A stretch of 64,000 bases of DNA from Halorutilales archaeon Cl-col2-1 (lineage in GTDB: Archaea; Halobacteriota; Halobacteria; Halobacteriales; Afararchaeaceae): positions 256,001 to 320,000 of the forward strand of contig CP169074.1 in assembly GCA_041891055.1 (NCBI GenBank), given 5' to 3'. Positions 50,029 to 58,893 of this stretch are shown here, in pieces. Numbering within the stretch: position 1 is the stretch's first letter; every line of letters begins with the position of its first letter. The position numbers and the translations under genes were made by a program. The notes under the pieces are model-generated. The model worked only from the letters and a program-made list of their open reading frames with translations. It did not search any database and was not told the origin of the DNA.

Positions 50029-50319
50029 TTACTCCTGAATTATAGCTATGAAGAAGAGGACTAATCCTAAGACTATGAAGAAAGACGATAGATGCTCTAC
50101 TGTTTCTAGAGCGAATGTGGTTCTGAGTGTAGTCTCGACGAAGACAATGAGACCACGGAGTCCGAACGCTAAGTACGCCCCTGTGACGATGAGCATACTC
50201 TTGTCCCTCTCTCTTCTCCAAGTCAGGAAGCTCAGGACTCCGAGAGTTAGAGACAGGAGGAGTATGCCGAAGCTCAGAACCTGTTCTATCTGACCGGGTG
50301 TAATCTGAAGTACTACCAT
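50029..50319 (-). CDS. Small three-TM membrane protein co-transcribed with the regulator
   Basis: Three hydrophobic helices with WRRERD loop and a TM His. Ends 4 bp before the regulator start. Confidence 0.75.
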   Translation of the reverse strand: MVVLQITPGQIEQVLSFGILLLSLTLGVLSFLTWRRERDKSMLIVTGAYLAFGLRGLIVFVETTLRTTFALETVEHLSSFFIVLGLVLFFIAIIQE

Positions 50320-50424
50320 CTTTTCGAGTATTTCTTAGGCAGTCTCAAAAGTATATGGTCGACGAGGACTGGTCTACTGATGCACAGAAATACAGTTTTC
50401 ATCATGTTCTCAAAAGACACGCCT

Positions 50425-50474
50425 AAAGTTACGGCTTCGCGTACATACCTCGAATCCTCGTACAGGAGTCGAAA
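50425..50474 (-). promoter_or_regulatory. Tandem TTCGA-N4-TGTACG sites upstream of the membrane-protein/regulator pair
   Basis: CGTACATACCTCGAA (50440-50454) and CGTACAGGAGTCGAA (50459-50473), with the same 19-bp spacing and downstream CGAAGCYGTA as at 46357-46400. Confidence 0.7.
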
Positions 50475-50504
50475 CTACTCCCCCTCCCCGTATAATCATA
50501 AATC

Positions 50505-53186
50505 TTAGTCGTCGGCTCCGTCACGTCTTCCGAAGATTCCTATGAACTGTCTCTGGAATCCTATCTCAAGGACTGTGAAGACTGCCGTCATTCCTATTAT
50601 GTACATCCAGTGGCTGAGTCCTATTGGAACGACCTCGAATACCGACGCAAGTGGCGTGTAAAGGAGGAGTAGCTGAGCGACGAATGCCACTCCCACGGTA
50701 ACCGAGAGCCAGATGTTAGAGAAGATACTGAGTCCATAGTCCCGCCTTACTATCTGGAACATAACTATCTCGAACATCGCGAGTGATGTGAAGAGAACCG
50801 TCTGTGCGAGACGGAAATCGTCTATATAGGCGAAGAAGAGCTGGAGAAACAGGATCGCGGCTAAGGATCCTGTGAGGAGTACCATCGAGACGATCTTTCT
50901 GTCGATTATTGACGCGTTAGGGTCACGCGGGTCACGGTTCATAACACCCGGAACGCTCTCGTCGGCGGCGAGAGCCATCGCTGGAGGCCCGTCGGTGGCG
51001 AAGTTGACCCAAAGGATCATGACGGCTGTGAGGACTACGGTGTCTGACCCTCTGAAGTACTCGGGAAAGAGGAGCCCTCCTATGATTGAACCCAGAAAGA
51101 CGAACATCACCTCGGCTGAGTTGGTCGAGAGGAGGTAGTTGGTGACCTTACGTATGTTGTCGAATATAGTCCTTCCTTCCTTTATGGCGTCACGTATAGT
51201 CACGAAGTTGTCGTCTAGGAGGACTATGTCGCTGCTCTTCTTCGCGACGTCGGTTCCCTGCTGACCCATAGCCACTCCTACGTCGGCGTTCTTGAGAGCG
51301 GGAGCATCGTTGACACCGTCGCCCGTCATAGCGACGTGGAGCCCGCTGTCCTGAAGAGCCTTGAGTATACGCACCTTATGGCTCGGCGAGACTCTTGCGA
51401 ATATCTCTGTATCGGTGACGGCGTCACGTAGCTCGTCGTCATCCATCGATTCGACCTCGCGTCCCGTGACAGCCTTCTCGGGGTTGAAGCCTAGACTCTC
51501 TCCTATCGCCCTCGCCGTCTTTATGTCGTCCCCCGTAGCCATGACGACATGTATACCCGCGGTTCGGCAGTCCTCGACCGCCTCCTTGACCTCGTCGCGC
51601 GGCGGGTCTATCATAGCCTGTAATCCGAGGAAGACCATGCCCGACTCTATCTCGTCGTCGTCAGCCTCGGGATTGTCGACTTCCTTCACCGCGAATCCAA
51701 GGACTCGGAGTGCGTCACCCGCGTACTCTGAGACCTTCTCCTCGATCTCGTCGTGTCTTTCGTCGTCGAGTTCGACGAACTCGTCGTCTACGAGTACTCG
51801 GTCGCATCTATCGAGTACAGTCTCAGGTGCGCCTTTCATGTAGGCATTCGAGCCGTCTGTGATAGCAGTCATCCGTTTACGGCTCGAAGAGAAGGGTATC
51901 GAACGCTCACGTTCCTCGGGCGCGTCTATGCCTGCCTTCCTCGCGGCTACGAGGAGTGCGGTCTCGGTGGGGTCTCCGTCGAAGCCGTCCTCAGTCTCGT
52001 CGGTGTTGTTCGAGTAGACGCCACATCGGAGTATCTCGCCTATTTCCTCGGGGTCTATCTCGCCGCCGTCTGTGCCGTAGAACTCTCCCTCAGTCTCGGT
52101 TCCGACTCCCGTCACCGAGACCTCACTACCGTTCGAGTAGATTCTACGGACTGTCATAGTTCCCTGTGTCAGAGTCCCCGTTTTGTCGGAGACTATGTAG
52201 TTGACCGATCCGAGCGACTCGACGACAGGGAGACGTCTAACGAGTGCGTTTCTCTCGAACATCCTACGCGAGCCGAGTGCGAGAGAGAAGGTGACTATCG
52301 CCGGGAGTGCCTCGGGAATCGCGGCGACGACGAGTCCGACCGAGAGGAGGAAGAGTGTTATCCAGTCAGTACCTGTTACGAGCCACTGTATTACGGCTAT
52401 GACTGCGATGAATCCCGATACGAGGTATCCGAGCCTCTTTCCCATCTCATCGACTTCTTTCTGGAAGGGCGTCTTCTCGTCTGAGGCAAGCTGGAGTTCG
52501 TCAGCTATCCCGCCTATTTCGGTGTCCATTCCCGTCCGTGTCACAACCGCAACGCCGCGCCCACGTACGACGTCGGTTCCCCTGAAGACTGTGTTTTCGC
52601 GCTCGGCGACCGTGGCGTCGGCATCGACGCGTTCGGTAGTCTTACTGACCTGTTCACTCTCGCCCGTGAGAGCCGACTCGGTGGTTTCGAGGGACTCAGC
52701 TTCGAGGAGACGTGCGTCGGCTGGAACCGAGTCGCCCTGTTCGAGTAGTATTATGTCGCCGGGGACTACCTCTTTCGAGTCTATCTCCTCCGTCTCACCT
52801 CCACGTCTCACCTTCGCAGTCGGCGTGGCTAGCTCCATGAGAGACGAGATAGCCCTCTCAGCACGGTAGTCCTGGTAGAAGCCGAAGAGACCGTTCCCGA
52901 CAAGTATTAGGGAGATGATACCCGCCTCCCCCCATCTCGGACTTTCGTTCGGGAAGAAGCCAACCCCGACTGAGAGCACGACGGCTATCAGGAGTATGTA
53001 GACGAGATAGTCACGGAACTGGTCGACGAGTATCTCGACTGCTGAGGGACCGTCCCCCTCCTCTATCTTGTTCTCACCCTCCTTTTCGAGGCGTTCCTCC
53101 GCCTCCTCCGACGTCAGACCCTCTCTCCGACTCTCCATCTCTGATAGAACTTCTTCTCGGGTACACGCGTGTCCCTCGACCTTCAT
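50505..53186 (-). CDS. P2A-type (Ca2+-transporting-like) P-type ATPase
   Basis: Motifs TGES, IPEALP, DKTGT, KGAPE, GDGVND, TNSAE and LWVNFATDG. Confidence 0.9.
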   Translation of the reverse strand: MKVEGHACTREEVLSEMESRREGLTSEEAEERLEKEGENKIEEGDGPSAVEILVDQFRDYLVYILLIAVVLSVGVGFFPNESPRWGEAGIISLILVGNGLFGFYQDYRAERAISSLMELATPTAKVRRGGETEEIDSKEVVPGDIILLEQGDSVPADARLLEAESLETTESALTGESEQVSKTTERVDADATVAERENTVFRGTDVVRGRGVAVVTRTGMDTEIGGIADELQLASDEKTPFQKEVDEMGKRLGYLVSGFIAVIAVIQWLVTGTDWITLFLLSVGLVVAAIPEALPAIVTFSLALGSRRMFERNALVRRLPVVESLGSVNYIVSDKTGTLTQGTMTVRRIYSNGSEVSVTGVGTETEGEFYGTDGGEIDPEEIGEILRCGVYSNNTDETEDGFDGDPTETALLVAARKAGIDAPEERERSIPFSSSRKRMTAITDGSNAYMKGAPETVLDRCDRVLVDDEFVELDDERHDEIEEKVSEYAGDALRVLGFAVKEVDNPEADDDEIESGMVFLGLQAMIDPPRDEVKEAVEDCRTAGIHVVMATGDDIKTARAIGESLGFNPEKAVTGREVESMDDDELRDAVTDTEIFARVSPSHKVRILKALQDSGLHVAMTGDGVNDAPALKNADVGVAMGQQGTDVAKKSSDIVLLDDNFVTIRDAIKEGRTIFDNIRKVTNYLLSTNSAEVMFVFLGSIIGGLLFPEYFRGSDTVVLTAVMILWVNFATDGPPAMALAADESVPGVMNRDPRDPNASIIDRKIVSMVLLTGSLAAILFLQLFFAYIDDFRLAQTVLFTSLAMFEIVMFQIVRRDYGLSIFSNIWLSVTVGVAFVAQLLLLYTPLASVFEVVPIGLSHWMYIIGMTAVFTVLEIGFQRQFIGIFGRRDGADD

Positions 53187-53349
53187 GTTACACAGTACGT
53201 CTCAGGCAGTCTTCGAAGCTTGAATATCTGCGTAGAATCCGAATCCCCAGAATAGTCGGAGCTTGATCCCATAATCGAAGGTTATACTGGTGGTACAAAT
53301 GAGTTTATATGTTCAGTATTTACAACTAAACAAAATCTCGGATTCCGTC

Positions 53350-53907
53350 TTACAGTATCGCAGATTCGGGGTTCTCAGCTTCGAATACCTCGTCGGCTTT
53401 CTCACGTGCTCTGTCGAGTTCGTCTTCGAGGTTTGAGTACTCCTTGCTGTTGTAGAGCTCCGTAGACGACAGCGAGTTCTCAAGGGTCTTCTTTATCTCC
53501 GAGAGGCTGTAACTTCTCCTCGTGGCGTCGTCGTACGAGTCGAGTGACAGGACGTTCTCAACAGCCTCAGTAAGCTCGTGTCTCTCCACGGGCTTGACGA
53601 CGTAGTCGTCTATATCCATCTCGACGACATCGAGGCTCGGACTCACAGCTGTGACTACGACTACCCGCGTGTCGAGGCAGTTGTCACGTATCTCCTCGAG
53701 TATCTCGTCGCCCGAGATGTCGGGCATACGTCTGTCGAGAACAACGAGATCGATCCCCTCGTCGATCTTTTCGAGGGCTTCAGTTCCCGTGTACGCGACC
53801 CTGACGTCGTAGGAGTCGAGCCAGACGGAGTAGAGATCGACTATCTCCTCCTCGTCGTCGACTATGAGTACAGTAGGCTTGTCACCTCCCTCGCCGTCGG
53901 TGTCCAT
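53350..53907 (-). CDS. Response regulator with HalX-like C-terminus
   Basis: LIVDDE, LDRRMP and DDYVVKPV, with a helical SLSEIKKTLE...YSNLEDEL tail. Confidence 0.85.
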   Translation of the reverse strand: MDTDGEGGDKPTVLIVDDEEEIVDLYSVWLDSYDVRVAYTGTEALEKIDEGIDLVVLDRRMPDISGDEILEEIRDNCLDTRVVVVTAVSPSLDVVEMDIDDYVVKPVERHELTEAVENVLSLDSYDDATRRSYSLSEIKKTLENSLSSTELYNSKEYSNLEDELDRAREKADEVFEAENPESAIL

Positions 53908-53946
53908 GCACGAAGTACTTTGTGTCTCCGAAAATACCTTTCGTTT

Positions 53947-55359
53947 CTACCCGTGTCTCTCGAATATTTCGACGGTCTTCTTCCTCTCCTCATCGTGGTT
54001 GAGTATCGGGGACGGGTAATCGATCTCGTCGAACTTTGGAGACTCGTAGGGACGATGTATGTAGTCGTCGACATCACGTAGCTCCGGAATCCACTGTCTT
54101 ATGTACTCGCCGTCGGGGTCGTACTTCTCGCCCTGTGTCCATGGGTTGAAGACCCTGAAGTAGGGCTGGGCGTCTGTTCCTACCGAGTACGCCCACTGTA
54201 TCCCGCCGACCATCGCGGGAGTGTCGGCGTCGACTAGATGCTTCTTGAGGTGGTCGTGGAGACGTCTCCAGTCGGCGCGAAGATCCTTCGCCGCGAAGCT
54301 CGCTGTCACCATACGTGGACGGTTGTGCATCCATCCCGTCTGCTTAAGCTGACGCATTCCGGCGTCGACAAACGGGAACCCCGTCTCTCCCTCGACAAAT
54401 GCCCCCCAGTCGTCGTCTTCACAGCCCCAGTCTATCGAGCGGTACTTCTCTATGAAAGCCTTCTCGGTCGTCTCGGGGTGGTTCCAGAGCATCTGGAAGT
54501 AGAAGTCTCTCCACGCGAGCTCCTCCTGCCAGACTCTCGCTCCGTCGTCGTCCTTGTCCTCCCCCTCCGCTTCTTCCCTAACCCTCTCCGCCGCCCAGAA
54601 AGCCTCGCGCACCGAGACTGTCCCGAACTTAAGATGGGGCGATAGCTTCGAGGTAGAGTCGAGTGCGGGGTAGTCTCTCTCCTCGTCATACGTGTCTATG
54701 CAGTCTACGAAATCTTCGAGTCTCTTGGTACCTGCCTGTCTTCCACCCTCGAAAACAGAACTGTCTGAATCCGAATCGGAGACTCCGATTTGACCGAGGC
54801 TCGGAAGCTCCGAAGACTCTACTTCGGGGGTCACGAAGCCCTCTGGAGACACGGGCTCGGGCTTCTCGATGTCGAACCACTTGTCACTGTAATACGAGTA
54901 GACTTGGTAGGGATCACCTTTCTGTGTCGTGATCTCGGTCTTTTCTGAGATCACAACGTCCTTGAATCCCTCCGACTCGACTTCGAGTTCGCCGAGTCTG
55001 TCCTCATTACGTCTCGCGTAAGGAGAGTAGTTGTTGTTGTAGTAGACCCTCTCGGCTTCTACCTCGTCACAGACGTCTCCGATCTCCTCGATAGGGTCGC
55101 CGCGTCTCACGACGAGTCTCTCGTCGTCTCTGGCGTCGAATTTATCTTCGAGTTCGGAGAGAGAGTCGTGCCAGAACCTGAGTCTCTTGTCTCGCGTACT
55201 TTCCGAGTTCAGAAGCACGTCGTCGACGACGTAGACAGGGACGACCTCGTCGTGTCTCCGCGCCGCCTCGACGAGTGCAGTGTTGTCGTACCTCCTCAAC
55301 GACCTGCGTATCCAGACGACGCCTGCCGTACCGTCCATGCCGATCCGTGGATCTGACAC
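53947..55359 (-). CDS. phr: Deoxyribodipyrimidine photolyase (class I)
   Basis: Motifs WIRRSLRRYDN, TSKLSPHLKFG, ELAWRDFY, TGFPFVDAGMRQL, WMHNRPRM and FRVFNP. Confidence 0.92.
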   Translation of the reverse strand: MSDPRIGMDGTAGVVWIRRSLRRYDNTALVEAARRHDEVVPVYVVDDVLLNSESTRDKRLRFWHDSLSELEDKFDARDDERLVVRRGDPIEEIGDVCDEVEAERVYYNNNYSPYARRNEDRLGELEVESEGFKDVVISEKTEITTQKGDPYQVYSYYSDKWFDIEKPEPVSPEGFVTPEVESSELPSLGQIGVSDSDSDSSVFEGGRQAGTKRLEDFVDCIDTYDEERDYPALDSTSKLSPHLKFGTVSVREAFWAAERVREEAEGEDKDDDGARVWQEELAWRDFYFQMLWNHPETTEKAFIEKYRSIDWGCEDDDWGAFVEGETGFPFVDAGMRQLKQTGWMHNRPRMVTASFAAKDLRADWRRLHDHLKKHLVDADTPAMVGGIQWAYSVGTDAQPYFRVFNPWTQGEKYDPDGEYIRQWIPELRDVDDYIHRPYESPKFDEIDYPSPILNHDEERKKTVEIFERHG

Positions 55360-55448
55360 AAGTTAGAGCTTTGGAAGGGATATGTATACTATCTGAAACA
55401 AAGTTTATAAGGAATGATGGTGAAGTATGGGCTTGGTGGTGTGAAAAT

Positions 55449-55838
55449 ATGAAATCCGGCAGATGGAACCGAGGACTGGGCTGGCTCTGGCTTATAGTGA
55501 CGTTCGGGTGGGGGCTGTACGTCGCACAGAACATAGGACACTGGATGCAGAACGACATGGGGATGGTGAGGACGATGCACAGACACGCACATACGATGGG
55601 AAGTCTGGGGGCGTACTTCAACATCATGTACGGAAACAGGGTCTCCGAAGCGGGTCTCGGAGACGGGATGAAGAAAGGCGGTGCTACGCTCGCCCTAATA
55701 GGTATGTTCGCGGTCACGCTCGTCTGGCCACTCCAGCTTAGCATTCCCGAGAGTGTGGGCAAGATACTCACGGTTCTGACCTTCGTAGTCCTCGCCGCCG
55801 CGGCGGCTGTGCTCGGATACGGCGAGCTCAAGTCGTAA
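55449..55838 (+). CDS. Small four-TM membrane protein with an HRHAH motif
   Basis: ATG 55449 follows GGTGGTG. Four hydrophobic segments. Fills the gap before the reductase. Confidence 0.65.
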   Translation: MKSGRWNRGLGWLWLIVTFGWGLYVAQNIGHWMQNDMGMVRTMHRHAHTMGSLGAYFNIMYGNRVSEAGLGDGMKKGGATLALIGMFAVTLVWPLQLSIPESVGKILTVLTFVVLAAAAAVLGYGELKS

Positions 55839-55882
55839 CGTAACGAAGCTCCTTTTTTGTATGAAGCCGAGGAGAAAGACGG

Positions 55883-56554
55883 ATGCACGTCTTCATCAAC
55901 TCGGCGATGAGCGCAGACGGTAAGATATCGAACGTGAGACGCGAACAGATCCGTATCTCGGGCTCCGAGGACTTTGAGAGGGTCGACAGTCTCAGAGCCG
56001 AGTCGGACGCGATAGGTGTCGGAGTCGGAACAGTCTTAGCCGACGATCCCTCGCTGACTGTGAAAGACGACAAGGGCGAGAACCCTCTCCGTGTCGTCTT
56101 CGACTCAGACGCCAGGACGCCGACTGACGCCGGGGTGTTCGAGGGAGAGGGCGACGTCGTGGTCTTCGTTAGCCACGACGCCGAGAGTGAGGAAGTCGAC
56201 AGACTATCCGAGAGATGTGAAGTCGTGCGGACGGGTCGAGGTGACGACGGTGACCAAGAGGAAGAGAAAGAAAGAGTCGACCTCGGGGAAGCCGTCGAGA
56301 CTCTCGAAAAGATGGGAGTCGAGAGACTCATGGTCGAGGGCGGCGGCGGTATCAACTACTCGTTGCTGCGTGAGAAGCTCGTGGACGAGATCCTTGTCTA
56401 CGTCGGCGCGTCGGTGATAGGCGGAACAGGCGCGCCGACACTCGTCGACGGCGACGGCTTCGTCGATAAGTATCCACGTCTCGAACTCGGATCTGTCGAA
56501 CGCATTGATGAGGGAGTCCTCCTGAGATGGGTTGTCGATAAGGAAAGTTATTAA
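55883..56554 (+). CDS. 2,5-diamino-6-(ribosylamino)-4(3H)-pyrimidinone 5'-phosphate reductase (archaeal riboflavin pathway)
   Basis: Motifs AMSADGKI, VGVGTVLADDPSLT and LMVEGGG. Confidence 0.9.
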   Translation: MHVFINSAMSADGKISNVRREQIRISGSEDFERVDSLRAESDAIGVGVGTVLADDPSLTVKDDKGENPLRVVFDSDARTPTDAGVFEGEGDVVVFVSHDAESEEVDRLSERCEVVRTGRGDDGDQEEEKERVDLGEAVETLEKMGVERLMVEGGGGINYSLLREKLVDEILVYVGASVIGGTGAPTLVDGDGFVDKYPRLELGSVERIDEGVLLRWVVDKESY

Positions 56555-56642
56555 ATTTATATGACTGCCTCACAGGAGTTGTGAACTTTACACAGTCTAT
56601 TAACAGGAAACTTAATAATATCTCGGAGCCTAATCTGAGACG

Positions 56643-58832
56643 ATGTCTTCGGAGGCTGAAAGCGACGAGGAGTCAGACGAGGACGGCACTAGACAGATCG
56701 AGATGTCTGTTCCAGGGATGGACTGTCCCTCGTGTGTCGGAAAGGTCGAGAGCTCTCTCGACTCGGTAGAGGGTATACATGACAAGGATCCACGTCCGAC
56801 TACCGGAAGGCTCAGAATTAGGTACGACCCCGACTCGACGACACCTGACGACGCAGTCGAGGCTGTCGAGGGTGCGGGCTACGAGGTAGCTTCGGTCTCG
56901 GATGAGACGGGGATCGAGACCGAGTCACGATCCGACGTCTGGTGGTCGTCGCGCGCGAAGAAGACGTGGCTGAGCGGCGTACTTCTTCTCACGGCTCTCG
57001 TGGGCGAGTTCGTCGTGGGTCTCGAAGCCGATGTGGTCGACAGTTTCGTCGTCTTAGGAGTCACCGATCTTCTCCTTCTCGGAGCCGTCGGAGTCAGCGG
57101 TGGCGTGGTTCTCCGGAACGGCTACTACTCGCTGAGAAGTCTGAGCCTCGACATCGATCTCCTGATGTCGCTTGCTATAGTCGGAGCCACGGGGATAGGA
57201 CTCTTCGTCGAGGCGGCTTCACTCGCCTTCCTATTCAACGTAGCCGAGATACTTGAGGAGTACTCGATGGAGAGGGCACGTGACTCACTCAGGCGTCTCG
57301 TCTCGTTATCTCCCGAGACTGCGAGGATCAGAAGAGACACTGAGACAGTTGAAGTCGACGTTGAGGAAGTCGAGGTCGGGGACACCGTAGTCGTCCGTCC
57401 CGGCGAGAAGATTCCGGTCGACGGAAAGGTCGTGAAAGGCACGAGTGCCGTAAACCAGTCGGCTGTCACGGGAGAGAGTGTCCCTGTCGGAAAGGACGTT
57501 GGAGACGAGGTGTTCGCCGGGACGGTCAACGAGGAGGGATATCTGGAGGTCGTCGCTGAGTCCGACTCGACCCACAGCACGCTCTCACAGATAATAAGAC
57601 TCGTCGAGGAAGCCGAGTCGGAGAAGACCCAACGCGAGAAGTTCGTCGACAGGTTCTCGAAGTACTATACCCCCGGAGTCGTTGGCTTAGCCGTCGCAGT
57701 CTTCGTTGTTCCGACGGCTTTAGGCATGAACCCTACGACGTGGTTCGTGAGAAGCCTCACACTCCTCGTCATATCGTGTCCGTGTGCTTTCGTCATAAGC
57801 ACCCCCGTTACGGTCGTCTCGGGGATCACGAGTGCGGCTAAGAACGGCGTCTTAATAAAGGGAGGACGTTACCTCGAAGCTGTCAGCGAGTCGGAGGTCG
57901 TGGCGTTCGACAAGACGGGGACCCTCACACGCGGGGAGCTAGAGGTCACGGACGTAGTTCCTCTCGGAGACACGCAAGCCGAAGATGTCCTCAGGTCAGC
58001 TGCGGCGGTTGAGGAAAGGAGCCAGCATCCCATAGGGGTCGCAGTCGCGGAGTCTGTCGAGGTGGACAGCCAAGTCACGGAGTTCGAGAGTCTGACAGGA
58101 GCCGGAGTAAAGGGGGATATCGAAGGTGTGACTTATTACGTCGGAAAGCCCGAGATCTTCGAAGAAGCCGGGGCTAAGGGTCTCGAAGACGTCCGAGGGG
58201 CTCTCGAATCTCTACGTGACGAGGGAAAGACTGCGGTCGTGGTTGGGACTTCCCACGAAGTTCACGGCGTCATAGGCGTCGCCGACGAACTGCGTCCTGA
58301 GGCGCGTCGAACAGTCGAACGTCTCAGGTCAGTTGGCGTCGAAAAAGTCGTGATGCTAACGGGCGACAGCCCGAAGACTGCACGTGCAGTGGCTGACGAG
58401 ACGGGGATCGACTCGTACTACGCCGGGCTTCTTCCAGAGGACAAGATCGAGGTCTTAGAAGACCTGCGTGAGGAACACGGAGACGTCGTCATGGTCGGTG
58501 ACGGTGTCAACGATGCTCCCGCACTTGCCGCCGCGGACGTCGGAGTAGCTATGGGAGCCGCGGGAACTGACACAGCGATAGAGACCGCCGACGTCGCACT
58601 CATGGGGGATGATCTCTCTAAGATACCCTACCTCTACCGCCTCTCGTTGAGAGCGAATTCAGTGATACGGGGGAACATAGGCGGGAGCCTTGGGATCAAG
58701 TTCCTACTCGCAGCCGGAGCCGTACTCGGCTATGTCAACGTCATAGTCGCCGTACTCGTCGGTGACATGGGGATGACACTCGGCGTCACGGGAAACGCGA
58801 TGCGTCTTTCGAGGATCAGGTCGGAAGACTGA
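56643..58832 (+). CDS. Heavy-metal (Zn/Cd/Pb-type) P1B ATPase
   Basis: GMDCPSC metal-binding domain, TGES, SCPC, DKTGT, HP and GDGVND, with Lys and Asp in the last TM helices. Confidence 0.9.
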   Translation: MSSEAESDEESDEDGTRQIEMSVPGMDCPSCVGKVESSLDSVEGIHDKDPRPTTGRLRIRYDPDSTTPDDAVEAVEGAGYEVASVSDETGIETESRSDVWWSSRAKKTWLSGVLLLTALVGEFVVGLEADVVDSFVVLGVTDLLLLGAVGVSGGVVLRNGYYSLRSLSLDIDLLMSLAIVGATGIGLFVEAASLAFLFNVAEILEEYSMERARDSLRRLVSLSPETARIRRDTETVEVDVEEVEVGDTVVVRPGEKIPVDGKVVKGTSAVNQSAVTGESVPVGKDVGDEVFAGTVNEEGYLEVVAESDSTHSTLSQIIRLVEEAESEKTQREKFVDRFSKYYTPGVVGLAVAVFVVPTALGMNPTTWFVRSLTLLVISCPCAFVISTPVTVVSGITSAAKNGVLIKGGRYLEAVSESEVVAFDKTGTLTRGELEVTDVVPLGDTQAEDVLRSAAAVEERSQHPIGVAVAESVEVDSQVTEFESLTGAGVKGDIEGVTYYVGKPEIFEEAGAKGLEDVRGALESLRDEGKTAVVVGTSHEVHGVIGVADELRPEARRTVERLRSVGVEKVVMLTGDSPKTARAVADETGIDSYYAGLLPEDKIEVLEDLREEHGDVVMVGDGVNDAPALAAADVGVAMGAAGTDTAIETADVALMGDDLSKIPYLYRLSLRANSVIRGNIGGSLGIKFLLAAGAVLGYVNVIVAVLVGDMGMTLGVTGNAMRLSRIRSED

Positions 58833-58893
58833 AGCTGCAGTCCTTGAGTCCGAACCGCACTCTTCAACTTGTCGGAGATGGAACCCGGGAGTA

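Noticed and set aside
50313-50405. 30-codon minus-strand ORF just downstream of the tandem operator
   Set aside because: It sits where a leaderless start might be, but it is short, basic and motif-free. It could be a leader or remnant and is not supportable as a gene.
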